Numbered from the stretch's first letter, positions 54,368 through 63,984 are shown. The stretch is 64,000 nt of DNA from an uncultured Bacilli bacterium (GCA_947627355.1 CANQVX010000005.1:21341-85340), one strand, 5' to 3'. A program made the numbers and translations. Notes: generated by a model from the letters alone, not told the origin.

Positions 54368-56191
54368 TTATGAAGAATATTTTAAAATTAATGCGCCAAA
54401 GGCTGCTAATTTTATATCTATGCTGGTTTGTTTATTATGACTTGGTTGATTTAATATTTTTATTTTATTTTCGTTTATAAAATTGTTTCCACCATAGATA
54501 TTTTTATCGTTATTTAGTATTTCAACATAGTAACCTTGTTTTTTATTAACACCAAATTGATAATGATTATATTGCATAGGTGCAAAGTTTAAAACAACAA
54601 TAAATGATTCATCATGATACTTTCTTTCATAGATAAAGACATTTTGTGTTTCATTATCACACATCAACCATTCAAAACTGTTAGGTGAATAATCGTCGAT
54701 AGAAAGGGCATTATTTTGAATATAAATTTGATTTAACATCGTAAAATAGTTTAAGAATCCTTGATGAATTGGATATTTTAAAATATCAAAGTTCAATGGA
54801 TTATTTTCATTCCATTCATCAAATAAAGCTAGTTCATTTCCCATGAAATTTAGTTTCTTTCCAGGATGTGTAAACATATAAGTATATAATGCTTTTAACT
54901 GCATAAACTTTTGATCATAACTTCCCCATATTTTATTAATAATGGTCTTTTTTAAATGAACTACCTCATCATGTGATAAAGGAAGTAAGAAACGTTCGCT
55001 ATAGAAATAATACATTGAAAACGTTATCTTATGTAACAGTTTTCCTCGATATAAAGGGTCTTCTTTTAAATAAGATAAGGTATCATTCATCCAACCTAAA
55101 TCCCATTTATAATCAAAACCTAGTCCTCCTTCAAAAGTAGGTGCAGTAACTTTAAAATAATCACTGCTATCTTCAGCAATTAACATAACACTAGGATATA
55201 GACTACTAATCAAATGATTAGCTTTCTTTAAAAAGTTAAGACCTGGTTCATTTAAACCTAATTCTTTATTACCGTGGTTAAATATCATATTAGAAATAGC
55301 ATCATATCTAATTCCATCGATATGAAAATATTCAATTAAGTATGAAATACTCGACAAAATATAACTCATAACTTCAGGTTTAGAATAATCAAACAGATAG
55401 CTATCCCATTGGCTATGACGTCTATCTAACCAATAACTTTCATATAAGTGACCACCATCAAAACGACCTAAAGAAAAACTATCTTTAACAAAATGAAGTA
55501 ATGGATAATCAAGAATAACCCCAAGATTATTTTGATGTAAGGTATCAATTAAATATTTTAACTGACTTGGATTTCCATAACGACTAGTGATACTATAAAA
55601 GCCACTACATTGATAACCCCACGAACCATCAAAAGGATATTCAAGAAGTGGTAGAAATTCAACATGAGTAAAGTTATGTTTTTTCAAATAATCTACCAAT
55701 CTATCGGCAATTTCTTCATAACTATACCATTCATTATTATCTTTTTTTAGCCAAGAACCTAGATGCATTTCATAAATGCTTAGTGGTTTATCGTAGTTTT
55801 TAGTTCTTTGTTGCATCCATACTTTATCGTGGAAGGTATAAGCGTTGATATCAAAGGTTTTACTAGCACTTTGAGGTCTAAGTTCTGAAAAGAAAGCATA
55901 GGGATCAGCTTTATCAAGATAAGTATCTTTATAAGTGGTGATATGAAATTTATAAGCACAATAATCATATTTAACTTCAGGTACTAATATTTCAAAAACT
56001 CCCATTTTATCGACTTTTTTTAACTTATGGGAAGTAGGATTCCAATTATTAAAATCACCGATTAAGGTTATTTTTTTAGCATGTGGTGCATATACTCTAA
56101 AAAGGTAACCATCTTTAGTTAAATGGGCACCAAAATATTGATAGGCATCATAAGATTCACCTAGAAAAAATGATTTTAAATAGTTTTTCAT
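54368..56191 (-). CDS. glgB: 1,4-alpha-glucan branching enzyme (GH13_9)
   Basis: N-terminal CBM48-like region. Motifs GVILDYPLLHF, DGIRYDAISNM and AEDSS. About 607 aa, typical of Bacillota GlgB. Confidence 0.92.
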   Translation of the reverse strand: MKNYLKSFFLGESYDAYQYFGAHLTKDGYLFRVYAPHAKKITLIGDFNNWNPTSHKLKKVDKMGVFEILVPEVKYDYCAYKFHITTYKDTYLDKADPYAFFSELRPQSASKTFDINAYTFHDKVWMQQRTKNYDKPLSIYEMHLGSWLKKDNNEWYSYEEIADRLVDYLKKHNFTHVEFLPLLEYPFDGSWGYQCSGFYSITSRYGNPSQLKYLIDTLHQNNLGVILDYPLLHFVKDSFSLGRFDGGHLYESYWLDRRHSQWDSYLFDYSKPEVMSYILSSISYLIEYFHIDGIRYDAISNMIFNHGNKELGLNEPGLNFLKKANHLISSLYPSVMLIAEDSSDYFKVTAPTFEGGLGFDYKWDLGWMNDTLSYLKEDPLYRGKLLHKITFSMYYFYSERFLLPLSHDEVVHLKKTIINKIWGSYDQKFMQLKALYTYMFTHPGKKLNFMGNELALFDEWNENNPLNFDILKYPIHQGFLNYFTMLNQIYIQNNALSIDDYSPNSFEWLMCDNETQNVFIYERKYHDESFIVVLNFAPMQYNHYQFGVNKKQGYYVEILNNDKNIYGGNNFINENKIKILNQPSHNKQTSIDIKLAAFGALILKYSS

Positions 56192-56330
56192 AGCTATCAC
56201 CCACAACTATTTTACCATTATTTAGCAAATTTCAATATGAAAAAATAAAAATATTGCCTTTTTTTTGCTTAATGCTAAAATAGTAGTAGTTAAAAATATA
56301 TGATATTTTTAAAAATGAAAGGAGTAACTT

Positions 56331-58247
56331 ATGAAAAAGGTTAGAATTATATCACCAATAGTTTATTATGTTACTTTTTTCTTTATTAACATTTTTAATT
56401 CTTACATTTTAACTAGCGGATTATTACATTATAATCTTAGCACCTATAATCCTGTATCTGGAAACTTCTTTTGTTTTCTAGGTGATTTTGGTGTTCTTTT
56501 AATGTTATTTATGGCTGTGTCACTTATCTTTAAGAAGCATCGTGGTAAATGTAATGCTCTTTTAGTTATCACTTTAGTCTTAACTTTACTAATTTTATTT
56601 TTAACAGCCTTTTCTAATATGTTTTCTATGTTCTTTTCATTTTCTCAATTATCTAGTTTTAAAAATCCTGCTCAAGGTTCATTAATCTTAGAATATACCA
56701 TTTATATTCTAAATATGTTTAAGGAACCTGATATGTATATTCATGTTATCTTAGTTTTGATTTTTATTGCTATGCGTTTCTTTGTTAACACAGATTATGA
56801 AAGATCATTTTTAAAAACAAGCAAGAAACTTATTTCATTTGCTTCTAGTTTTCTATTCATGTTAATACCTTTGATTATCTTAAATGTAAATGCTAGAAAT
56901 ACTATTCAAGAAGTTTCAATGTCTGGTTTATATGGTTCTAGTTATGCTGGCACTTATAATTATTATTTATATGCTGCTAGTGAAACCATCTTTGAAAGAA
57001 ACGAAAAACCAATGACTAAAAAAGAAAAAGATAATATTGAAAAGTTTTTAGAAGCTCACTTAACTGATGAAAATGATACAAATGCTTATACTAATTTAGC
57101 CTATGGTAAAAACTTAGTAATCCTTCAACTAGAAGCCTTTAATAACTTTGTTATTAATTTAAAGGTTGATGGTGTTGAAATAACACCTAACCTTAATAAA
57201 TTAGTTAATGAATCTTATTATAATAATAGATTTTATTCAACTGCTGGTATTGGAAATACTTCTGATTGTGAGTTTGGTGTTTTCACCGGTTTATATCCTA
57301 ATGGTAATGACTTGGCTGTCTTTAGTTGTGATGGTAAAAAATATGAAACAATAGCAAAAGACTTTTCAGAAGCCGGTTATGAAACATTTTCAATACACGG
57401 AAATGATGGAGCCTTTTATAATCGTCAAGTACAACATATCGATACTTATCATTTTGATGAACATTATGACAAAAAGAAATTAGTAAATAGAATTAAAAGC
57501 CGCAATGAACAAGTAGAAATCTTTGGTGATTGGATGTCAGATGATTGTTTGTTACAAGAATCAATTAAAATCTTCGATGAATTCAATAAAAAAGAAAAAC
57601 CTTTCTTTGCTTATGATATCTTAGTTACTTCACATACACCATTTATAAAAAATAACAAGATTGAAAAACTAAATTTAAAGAATTTAACTGAACTTGCTAG
57701 TGCTTGTCTTGATTACTATCATTATGTTGATAAAGCAATAGGTCATTTCTTTGAAACTCTTAGAAATGATTATAAGGGTTTATATGATAACACAGTATTT
57801 GTTATCTATGGTGATCATACTTCTTCAATACTAAGAAGAGATATTCAAAGCATAACTAAAAAGAAAATCAGTGATGTTGATTATCAATTAACAATGCAAA
57901 ATGTACCATTAATTATTCATTGTCCAGCAATCTTTAGTCCTAATAGTGAAAAACCTAAAGTTTCAGGACAAGTTGATATCTATCCAACAATGGTAAACTT
58001 ATTTGGTATTGATTCTAAATATACCTTTGGTCATGATATCTTTGGTGATGAGACATCATTAATCTATAGTCCTAGGACATTAGATTTAATCTATGAAGAT
58101 TATGTTATACTTACAGCTTCTAAAGATGTTTATTATCTAAATAAGAATTCAAAGATATCTCAAAAGAATATTAATAATTTGATTAAACAATTTGAAAATT
58201 ATAAATACTACAATGATCTTGTAATGCGAAAGAATTACTTTAAATAA
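56331..58247 (+). CDS. LtaS-family (lipoteichoic acid synthase-like) sulfatase-fold membrane enzyme
   Basis: Five N-terminal TM helices plus an extracellular sulfatase-fold domain. Nucleophile motif GIGNTSDCEFGVFTGLYP and YGDH. Confidence 0.8.
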   Translation: MKKVRIISPIVYYVTFFFINIFNSYILTSGLLHYNLSTYNPVSGNFFCFLGDFGVLLMLFMAVSLIFKKHRGKCNALLVITLVLTLLILFLTAFSNMFSMFFSFSQLSSFKNPAQGSLILEYTIYILNMFKEPDMYIHVILVLIFIAMRFFVNTDYERSFLKTSKKLISFASSFLFMLIPLIILNVNARNTIQEVSMSGLYGSSYAGTYNYYLYAASETIFERNEKPMTKKEKDNIEKFLEAHLTDENDTNAYTNLAYGKNLVILQLEAFNNFVINLKVDGVEITPNLNKLVNESYYNNRFYSTAGIGNTSDCEFGVFTGLYPNGNDLAVFSCDGKKYETIAKDFSEAGYETFSIHGNDGAFYNRQVQHIDTYHFDEHYDKKKLVNRIKSRNEQVEIFGDWMSDDCLLQESIKIFDEFNKKEKPFFAYDILVTSHTPFIKNNKIEKLNLKNLTELASACLDYYHYVDKAIGHFFETLRNDYKGLYDNTVFVIYGDHTSSILRRDIQSITKKKISDVDYQLTMQNVPLIIHCPAIFSPNSEKPKVSGQVDIYPTMVNLFGIDSKYTFGHDIFGDETSLIYSPRTLDLIYEDYVILTASKDVYYLNKNSKISQKNINNLIKQFENYKYYNDLVMRKNYFK

Positions 58248-58275
58248 AAAAAACAAGGGTTTCCTTGTTTTTTTA
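58245..58275. terminator. bidirectional rho-independent terminator
   Basis: A-run, AAACAAGG / CCTTGTTT stem with a 4-nt loop, then a T-run. Confidence 0.85.
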
Positions 58276-58293
58276 ATGATTCTATCGACAAAT

Positions 58294-59412
58294 TTAATTG
58301 TTAAATGATATTAAAGGAATAAGCATTTCATCCTTAGTTAAACCGGCATGATGGCCTTTAAATAAAGGTTTTGTTGGATTAAAAGCAAAATAATATTTAT
58401 CAATTGCGATAGCAATATAATCACCAAGAATTGATTCAGATAATGGATGAATTCCATTTCTTCCAAAGATTTCTCTTTTCAAGGCTTCTTTTTTAGTAAA
58501 TAAGACAAATTTTCCTTCAAAATAACGATTGAACAAAGTTACAAATTGTTTTTCCATGCCTTTCTTTACTAGAAATGAACTACATCTACCATCTTGATAA
58601 GGTGGCTTTTCTAAGCAATTAAGCAATTCATAATAAGTATAAAGTAAAATGGGTACAACATCGGTAAGTCCATGGTCAGCACTGATAAAAGCAACTGTAT
58701 CTTTGGTTTTCTTAGCTAGTTTTTCAACAAACTTATTAATGATTTTGATATCTTTATGAACTACTTTATCCATTGTTCCATAGTTATGAATATCATGATC
58801 AGGTAAATCATAATAAACATAGATATATTTTTTATCATCTTGTTTACATAATTTGATTAACTTTTTAGTCATATCTTTAAAATTCTTACAACCATTTGGT
58901 TTAAAACTTGGCCATAGTTCATAATAATTCATTTCTGGATTAACGTTTGTTATTTGTTTTCCAATTTTTATAATAGGTAGATATTCTTCACCACAATCAA
59001 TACCAACATATTCTTTAGTATAAGAATCCTTGCTTGTAAAAATATCTACGATTCTATCGATATTTTTTAAATATAATGACCAACCAAGCCAACCTGTTTC
59101 AATTGGTGTTAAACCTGTTAAATAGGAAGTTGTAGCAGCTGCGGTAGTGCTAGGAATAACTGATGAGATAACATCTATGGTATTTCTTTGTAAAAATGAA
59201 TCTTTAGGTAAATGTTTATCAAGAATTGATTTACCCATACCATCACAAACCATTACAATAACATTTTTATAATCTTTCTTTTCTAAGATTTCATCGACTA
59301 TTTTAAGTGAGTTATGATTAGCTACAACATTATAATGTCTTTGAATTGAACTCATTAAATTGACGATAGAATGGTCATAATCTTTATATTTTAAACAATC
59401 TAGTTCTTTCAT
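58294..59412 (-). CDS. alkaline-phosphatase-superfamily enzyme (type I phosphodiesterase / nucleotide pyrophosphatase-like)
   Basis: Metal and nucleophile motifs VCDGMG, PSTTAAATTSYLTGLTP, DLPDHDIH and SADHG. Cytoplasmic (no signal peptide). Confidence 0.75.
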   Translation of the reverse strand: MKELDCLKYKDYDHSIVNLMSSIQRHYNVVANHNSLKIVDEILEKKDYKNVIVMVCDGMGKSILDKHLPKDSFLQRNTIDVISSVIPSTTAAATTSYLTGLTPIETGWLGWSLYLKNIDRIVDIFTSKDSYTKEYVGIDCGEEYLPIIKIGKQITNVNPEMNYYELWPSFKPNGCKNFKDMTKKLIKLCKQDDKKYIYVYYDLPDHDIHNYGTMDKVVHKDIKIINKFVEKLAKKTKDTVAFISADHGLTDVVPILLYTYYELLNCLEKPPYQDGRCSSFLVKKGMEKQFVTLFNRYFEGKFVLFTKKEALKREIFGRNGIHPLSESILGDYIAIAIDKYYFAFNPTKPLFKGHHAGLTKDEMLIPLISFNN

Positions 59413-60932
59413 TATTCTATTTCTCCTATGTATTTAGTAGTTATTCCTACTTCATATGTTCTATTCCAAGGCATATAAACATCACTCATAGTGTATTTAT
59501 CTTTGATTGATGGCATATATAAGGCAACTTGTTCATAAATAAGTTTTTCAACTAGTTTTGAAAACTCACCTCTTTGACCATCTACTTCATAAATTGTTAA
59601 GCCCATCTTTTCACAATATTGTTCTCTAACAATTTTACGAACTAAAGTACAATAGCCAACATCTTCAACAAATCTATGAACTAAAAAGTCATAGAAACTT
59701 TGTTTATCATATGGATATAAGGTATGAATGCCCATAGCTAGAGCAGTTCCAAGGGAATTACAAGGAATGTTCCAACTAGCATAACCTGATAATTTAAAAT
59801 ATAAATTCTTTTGTTCAATTAATGAGATTAATCTTAAGTCACCACCATTACAGTAACCAACATCACCAATGGTAACAGGCTTTTTTAAATCATAGATGCA
59901 ATGTTCAATAAAACTTACAAATTCTTCGAGATTTCTTTTAATTGTATAGCCATTAGTACTATATTCCCGGTATTGAGTTGCTATCATATCACTTGCTGGA
60001 GCATTGATAGCAAATACTAAATCGGCTTCTTGAATGGTTGAAGCAACTAGTCCACCAGCAGCAATTATTTGATAACGAGCACTGATATCTAAAGGTCTAT
60101 CTTCAGCACATGGAATGATCTTTTTACAAGCTTCAGATGGATAATGTAGATAAACAAGAGGCTTACGATTATGAAGTTCATTTACGAGTCTTGAAAATAA
60201 TGTATGAGCCACTTCATCCGCACCAGGATAAGTTAAAACTAAATCTTGAACTTTGTTTTCTCTAACTTTGTTTCTTATTTTTTCTTGATCTAGGGCAGTG
60301 TAACCAAATGGAGCACTGTCATCTTGAGGAATAATTAGAAAATCAATAATTTTATCTTTTACAAATTGAACAGCATCCATATTAATTTTACAATTTATTT
60401 CTCTTCTAGATTCATAATCATCGATATATTCTTGAGGTATTTTTATTTCTTCTAATTGATTTTTTTCTTCATCAGTTGCAATATTTAATGAAATACGATG
60501 TTGAATATATTTACGATTAAATAAATCAAGACCATGATGTAAATAATAATCAGGTTCTTCATCATCATCATTATAACGAGGGCAACGCATAACTAAACTA
60601 TAGGCATAGATTTTAAAATCAGGTTTGTTTTTCTTGATTTCTTTTAAGATGTCTAGTCTTTGTTTAACACTTTCATAATCAAAAAAATGAAGTCTAGATG
60701 GTACTATCCCTCCATATAGTAAAGTATCAATAGCAATAACAGCACCATTAGCATCCTTATAATTATCAAGTAAAAAATCCTTGATTTTATCGACATTTCC
60801 TGGTTTCTTTTTAAGTCCCATGTATTCAAATGGAACTCTTTTAATTGCTAAATCTTTGTCATTAAAGATTAAATATGGAAAGTCATAATTACAAGGCCTT
60901 TCATCTAAAGGAATAAATAAAAATGTTTTCAT
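59412..60932 (-). CDS. DUF4127-like protein of unknown function
   Basis: About 506 aa. The N-terminal FIPLDERPCN motif is what I recall for DUF4127. Start trimmed to the ATG after GGAGGG. The stop overlaps the downstream start by 1 nt (TAATG). Confidence 0.5.
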   Translation of the reverse strand: MKTFLFIPLDERPCNYDFPYLIFNDKDLAIKRVPFEYMGLKKKPGNVDKIKDFLLDNYKDANGAVIAIDTLLYGGIVPSRLHFFDYESVKQRLDILKEIKKNKPDFKIYAYSLVMRCPRYNDDDEEPDYYLHHGLDLFNRKYIQHRISLNIATDEEKNQLEEIKIPQEYIDDYESRREINCKINMDAVQFVKDKIIDFLIIPQDDSAPFGYTALDQEKIRNKVRENKVQDLVLTYPGADEVAHTLFSRLVNELHNRKPLVYLHYPSEACKKIIPCAEDRPLDISARYQIIAAGGLVASTIQEADLVFAINAPASDMIATQYREYSTNGYTIKRNLEEFVSFIEHCIYDLKKPVTIGDVGYCNGGDLRLISLIEQKNLYFKLSGYASWNIPCNSLGTALAMGIHTLYPYDKQSFYDFLVHRFVEDVGYCTLVRKIVREQYCEKMGLTIYEVDGQRGEFSKLVEKLIYEQVALYMPSIKDKYTMSDVYMPWNRTYEVGITTKYIGEIE

Positions 60933-61041
60933 AAAAAAGCCCTCCAAACCTAAAAACATTTTACCATAAAAACTAAAAAATAAATATATTTTTTAAGGAA
61001 AACATAGTATAATGTTTTTGGACTTTTTAGGAGGTATTTTC

Positions 61042-62670
61042 ATGAAAGAAAAATGGTGGAAAGATGCTGTTATTTATCAAATCTATCCTCGTAGTTTTAA
61101 AGATGACAATAATGATGGTATTGGTGATTTAAAAGGAATTATTTCTAAATTAGATTATTTACAATTTCTAGGTATTGATGCTATATGGTTATCACCTATT
61201 TATGAATCACCTATGGAAGATAATGGTTATGATATCAGTGATTATCATAAAATTGCACCTGAATTTGGTACCATGGAAGAAATGGATACTTTAATTGCTG
61301 AAGCTAAAAAAAGAAATATTAGAATTATCATGGATTTAGTAGCAAACCATACATCAAAAGAACATAAATGGTTTAAAGAAGCTTTAAAAGGAAAAGATAA
61401 TCCTTATCATGATTTTTATTATTGGAGTAATACTAAAGATAATAAAGAAGCTTCCTTTGGTGGTAGTTCTTGGGAATATGTTAAGAAATTAGATGAATAT
61501 TACTACCATTACTTTGCTAAAGGTCAAGTTGATTTAAACTGGACTAATCCTGAAGTTAGAAAAGAAGTAGCAAACATTGTTAACTGGTGGCTTGATAAAG
61601 GAGTTGCTGGTTTTAGAATGGATGCTATTGAATTGATTGGTAAAGATTTGAAAAATGGTATCTTTGCTAATGGTCCTAAGATTCATGAATATTTAAGAGA
61701 ATTAAATCAAAATTCATTCGGTTTAAAAGAAGATTCTATTACGGTGGGCGAAGGTTGGCCAACACCAGAAATTGCTTTGGATTACACTTTACCTGAAAAT
61801 AAAGAATTAGATATGATGTTTCAATTTGAAAGTGCTTGTAGTATTTATTTACCTGATAATGGTCTTGGTAAGTTTGATCCACTACCAATTGATTTAGTTA
61901 GATTAAAAGCCATCTTTAATAAATGGCAACAAGCATTACATAATAAATCTTGGAATGCTTTATTTTGGGAAAACCATGATTTACCTAGAAGTGTAACTAG
62001 ATTTGGTGATGATAGATTCTATCGCAAAGAAAGTGCTAAAGCTTTAGCTATCATGTTATTTTTACAACAAGGAACACCATTTATTTATCAAGGTGAAGAA
62101 ATTGGGATGACCAATGCTTATTTAAAGAAATTATCTGATTATCAAGATATTGATGCTTTAGGTAATTATCAAGCCCTAGTTGTTGATAAAAAACTAACAA
62201 CACCTGAAAAATTCTTAGAAGGATTACAAAAAGGTAGTAGAGATAATGCTAGAACTCCAATGCAATGGGATGATAGCATTAATGCTGGTTTTAATGCAGG
62301 TAAAACTCCATGGCTTAAAGTAACTCCTAACTATAAACAAATCAATGTTAAACAATGTATCGAAGATAAAGATTCAATCTTATATACTTATAAACATTTA
62401 ATTGAACTTAGAAAGTCTAATGAATATCGTGATGTCATTCATTATGGTGACTTCAAATTAGAACTTCCTGATGATCCTTATTTATTTGTTTATGAAAGAG
62501 AATACAACAATCAAAAGTTATTAGTTGTTATCAATTTCGATAATGCTGAACATGAAATCACTTTAAATAAAAAACCTAAAAAGATTTTGATTAGTAATTA
62601 TAAGACTTCAACCTTAAATCTTAAAAAACAAACATTACCTCCTTATGAAGCAATCGTTTATGAATTATAA
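61042..62670 (+). CDS. GH13_31 alpha-glucosidase (oligo-1,6-glucosidase-like)
   Basis: Motifs WWKDAVIYQIYPRSF, DLVANHTS, GFRMDAIELI, GEGW and FWENHDLPR. Start at the ATG after TAGGAGG. Exact substrate (isomaltose, trehalose-6-P or sucrose isomers) cannot be told by eye. Confidence 0.9.
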   Translation: MKEKWWKDAVIYQIYPRSFKDDNNDGIGDLKGIISKLDYLQFLGIDAIWLSPIYESPMEDNGYDISDYHKIAPEFGTMEEMDTLIAEAKKRNIRIIMDLVANHTSKEHKWFKEALKGKDNPYHDFYYWSNTKDNKEASFGGSSWEYVKKLDEYYYHYFAKGQVDLNWTNPEVRKEVANIVNWWLDKGVAGFRMDAIELIGKDLKNGIFANGPKIHEYLRELNQNSFGLKEDSITVGEGWPTPEIALDYTLPENKELDMMFQFESACSIYLPDNGLGKFDPLPIDLVRLKAIFNKWQQALHNKSWNALFWENHDLPRSVTRFGDDRFYRKESAKALAIMLFLQQGTPFIYQGEEIGMTNAYLKKLSDYQDIDALGNYQALVVDKKLTTPEKFLEGLQKGSRDNARTPMQWDDSINAGFNAGKTPWLKVTPNYKQINVKQCIEDKDSILYTYKHLIELRKSNEYRDVIHYGDFKLELPDDPYLFVYEREYNNQKLLVVINFDNAEHEITLNKKPKKILISNYKTSTLNLKKQTLPPYEAIVYEL

Positions 62671-62695
62671 AAACTAACTTCGGTTAGTTTTTTTT
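62671..62695 (+). terminator. rho-independent terminator
   Basis: AAACTAAC / GTTAGTTT stem, TTCG loop, then a T-run. Confidence 0.85.
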
Positions 62696-62731
62696 ATAAA
62701 GTGCATAATAAAAGTGAAACGAGTTGATGTT

Positions 62732-63151
62732 ATGTGGATCTTTTATGCCTTTTTGTCGGCAATTTTTGCAAGTTTAATGACTGTATTTATGAAGATTGGA
62801 CTTAAAAATATTAACCCTCATGTGGCAACAGCTATTAGAACTAGTATGGTTGTTATCATGTGTTGGATATTAGTATTTATAACTAGAAAAACAAATACCA
62901 TTAAAGAAATAAATAAAAAAGAATGGCTTTACTTACTACTTGCAAGTATTGCCACCTTTGGTACTTGGACATTTTATTTCTTAGCATTAAAAACTGGTAG
63001 TGTTAAAAATGTAATGGTAATCGATAGACTTAGCATTGTCTTTGCTATTATCTTATCTTTTTTTATTTTAAAAGAAACTATAACCATTAAAACTGTCGTT
63101 GGAATGGTGGTTTTTTTACTAGGAGCCTTTTTATTAGTTTATTATCCGTGA
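62732..63151 (+). CDS. small EamA-domain (DMT superfamily) membrane transporter
   Basis: About 139 aa with 4-5 TM segments. Single EamA-like repeat (FYAFLSAIFASLMTVFMKIGL...). The start is uncertain; the ORF track uses GTG 62714. Confidence 0.6.
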   Translation: MWIFYAFLSAIFASLMTVFMKIGLKNINPHVATAIRTSMVVIMCWILVFITRKTNTIKEINKKEWLYLLLASIATFGTWTFYFLALKTGSVKNVMVIDRLSIVFAIILSFFILKETITIKTVVGMVVFLLGAFLLVYYP

Positions 63152-63984
63152 TAGAACATATCAAAATCCCAATCGATATGATCATCTAGAAAATAAACAT
63201 TATGAGTACCTTTAAGTTTATTGGTATCTTTATCTTTTATGGTTTTATTTATTTCTTTATATAAGAATATATCACAATACTTACTTAAGATTAAATCTTG
63301 AGCAGTGACTATAAATCTATCTTCATCTAATCTTAGATTAATGGCTTCATAAGCTTTAGTAATAATATCAGTACAATAACGAGTATGTTTAGTATTAAAT
63401 ACAAAGGAATAATTATAAGGATAACCTAGATATGATTCAGCTCTTTGCATTACTTTGTCTACATCTTCACTAGTTAAACTATTAATGGTAAGACCGATAT
63501 AAGAATCTCTTAAGGTTGTATCTCTAAGCCAATAATCAAGGCCATGTAAAACAACGTTATCTTCTTTTTTAGGTGCAGCACCAGCTATTTCAATAATAGT
63601 ATGGTCATCATCAATTAAAGCTGCATGGCCACCAGCATAGAAATTCATAAATACATCAATTGGAAAACCCATTTCGTTTTCAAGTGATACTATGATATCA
63701 CCTTGTGAGCCATTATAAATATCAGAATAGAATGAATCATTATAAACATGAAAGGCTGGTCTGGTTTTATTTCCTTCTAGTCTACAAAAGTTCATATCAA
63801 AATCATTTGAATAGGTGCATTCAATAACTTTTCTTTTTAAAAAGGCATTAACTTTTTCTTTAACCTCATTATTTTCAACAATTGCGTCAACAGTAAAATA
63901 GCTTGCTGTTGAAAGTAAGCATCCACATAAAACTATTAAAAAGATTTTTAAGCCTCTTAAGTGTCTTGTTTCCATGGATTTCAC
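63142..63984 (-). CDS. membrane-anchored protein with a permuted papain-like (YiiX/DUF830-type NlpC/P60) signature
   Basis: N-terminal hydrophobic anchor. His-before-Cys order (AGGHAALIDDDHTIIEIAG ... YNYSFVFNTKHTRYCTDIITKAY), as in permuted papain-fold enzymes. Motif-level call only. Confidence 0.45.
   Translation of the reverse strand: MKSMETRHLRGLKIFLIVLCGCLLSTASYFTVDAIVENNEVKEKVNAFLKRKVIECTYSNDFDMNFCRLEGNKTRPAFHVYNDSFYSDIYNGSQGDIIVSLENEMGFPIDVFMNFYAGGHAALIDDDHTIIEIAGAAPKKEDNVVLHGLDYWLRDTTLRDSYIGLTINSLTSEDVDKVMQRAESYLGYPYNYSFVFNTKHTRYCTDIITKAYEAINLRLDEDRFIVTAQDLILSKYCDIFLYKEINKTIKDKDTNKLKGTHNVYFLDDHIDWDFDMFYHG

Noticed and set aside
56207-56330. CcpA cre site or other catabolite operator upstream of the glgB operon, and likewise upstream of the glucosidase gene (60960-61041)
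   Set aside because: No match to the WTGNAANCGNTNNCW core could be found by eye in either region.
30588-61041. N-terminal extensions in the ORF track (gmk to 31250, rqcH from 31276, lipoprotein from 41882, glgP to 54318, glgB to 56206, DUF4127 to 60959, glucosidase from 61012)
   Set aside because: The extended starts lack an RBS or use TTG/GTG within upstream regulatory sequence. Internal ATG or GTG codons with GGAGG-type RBS give N-termini that match the known families.
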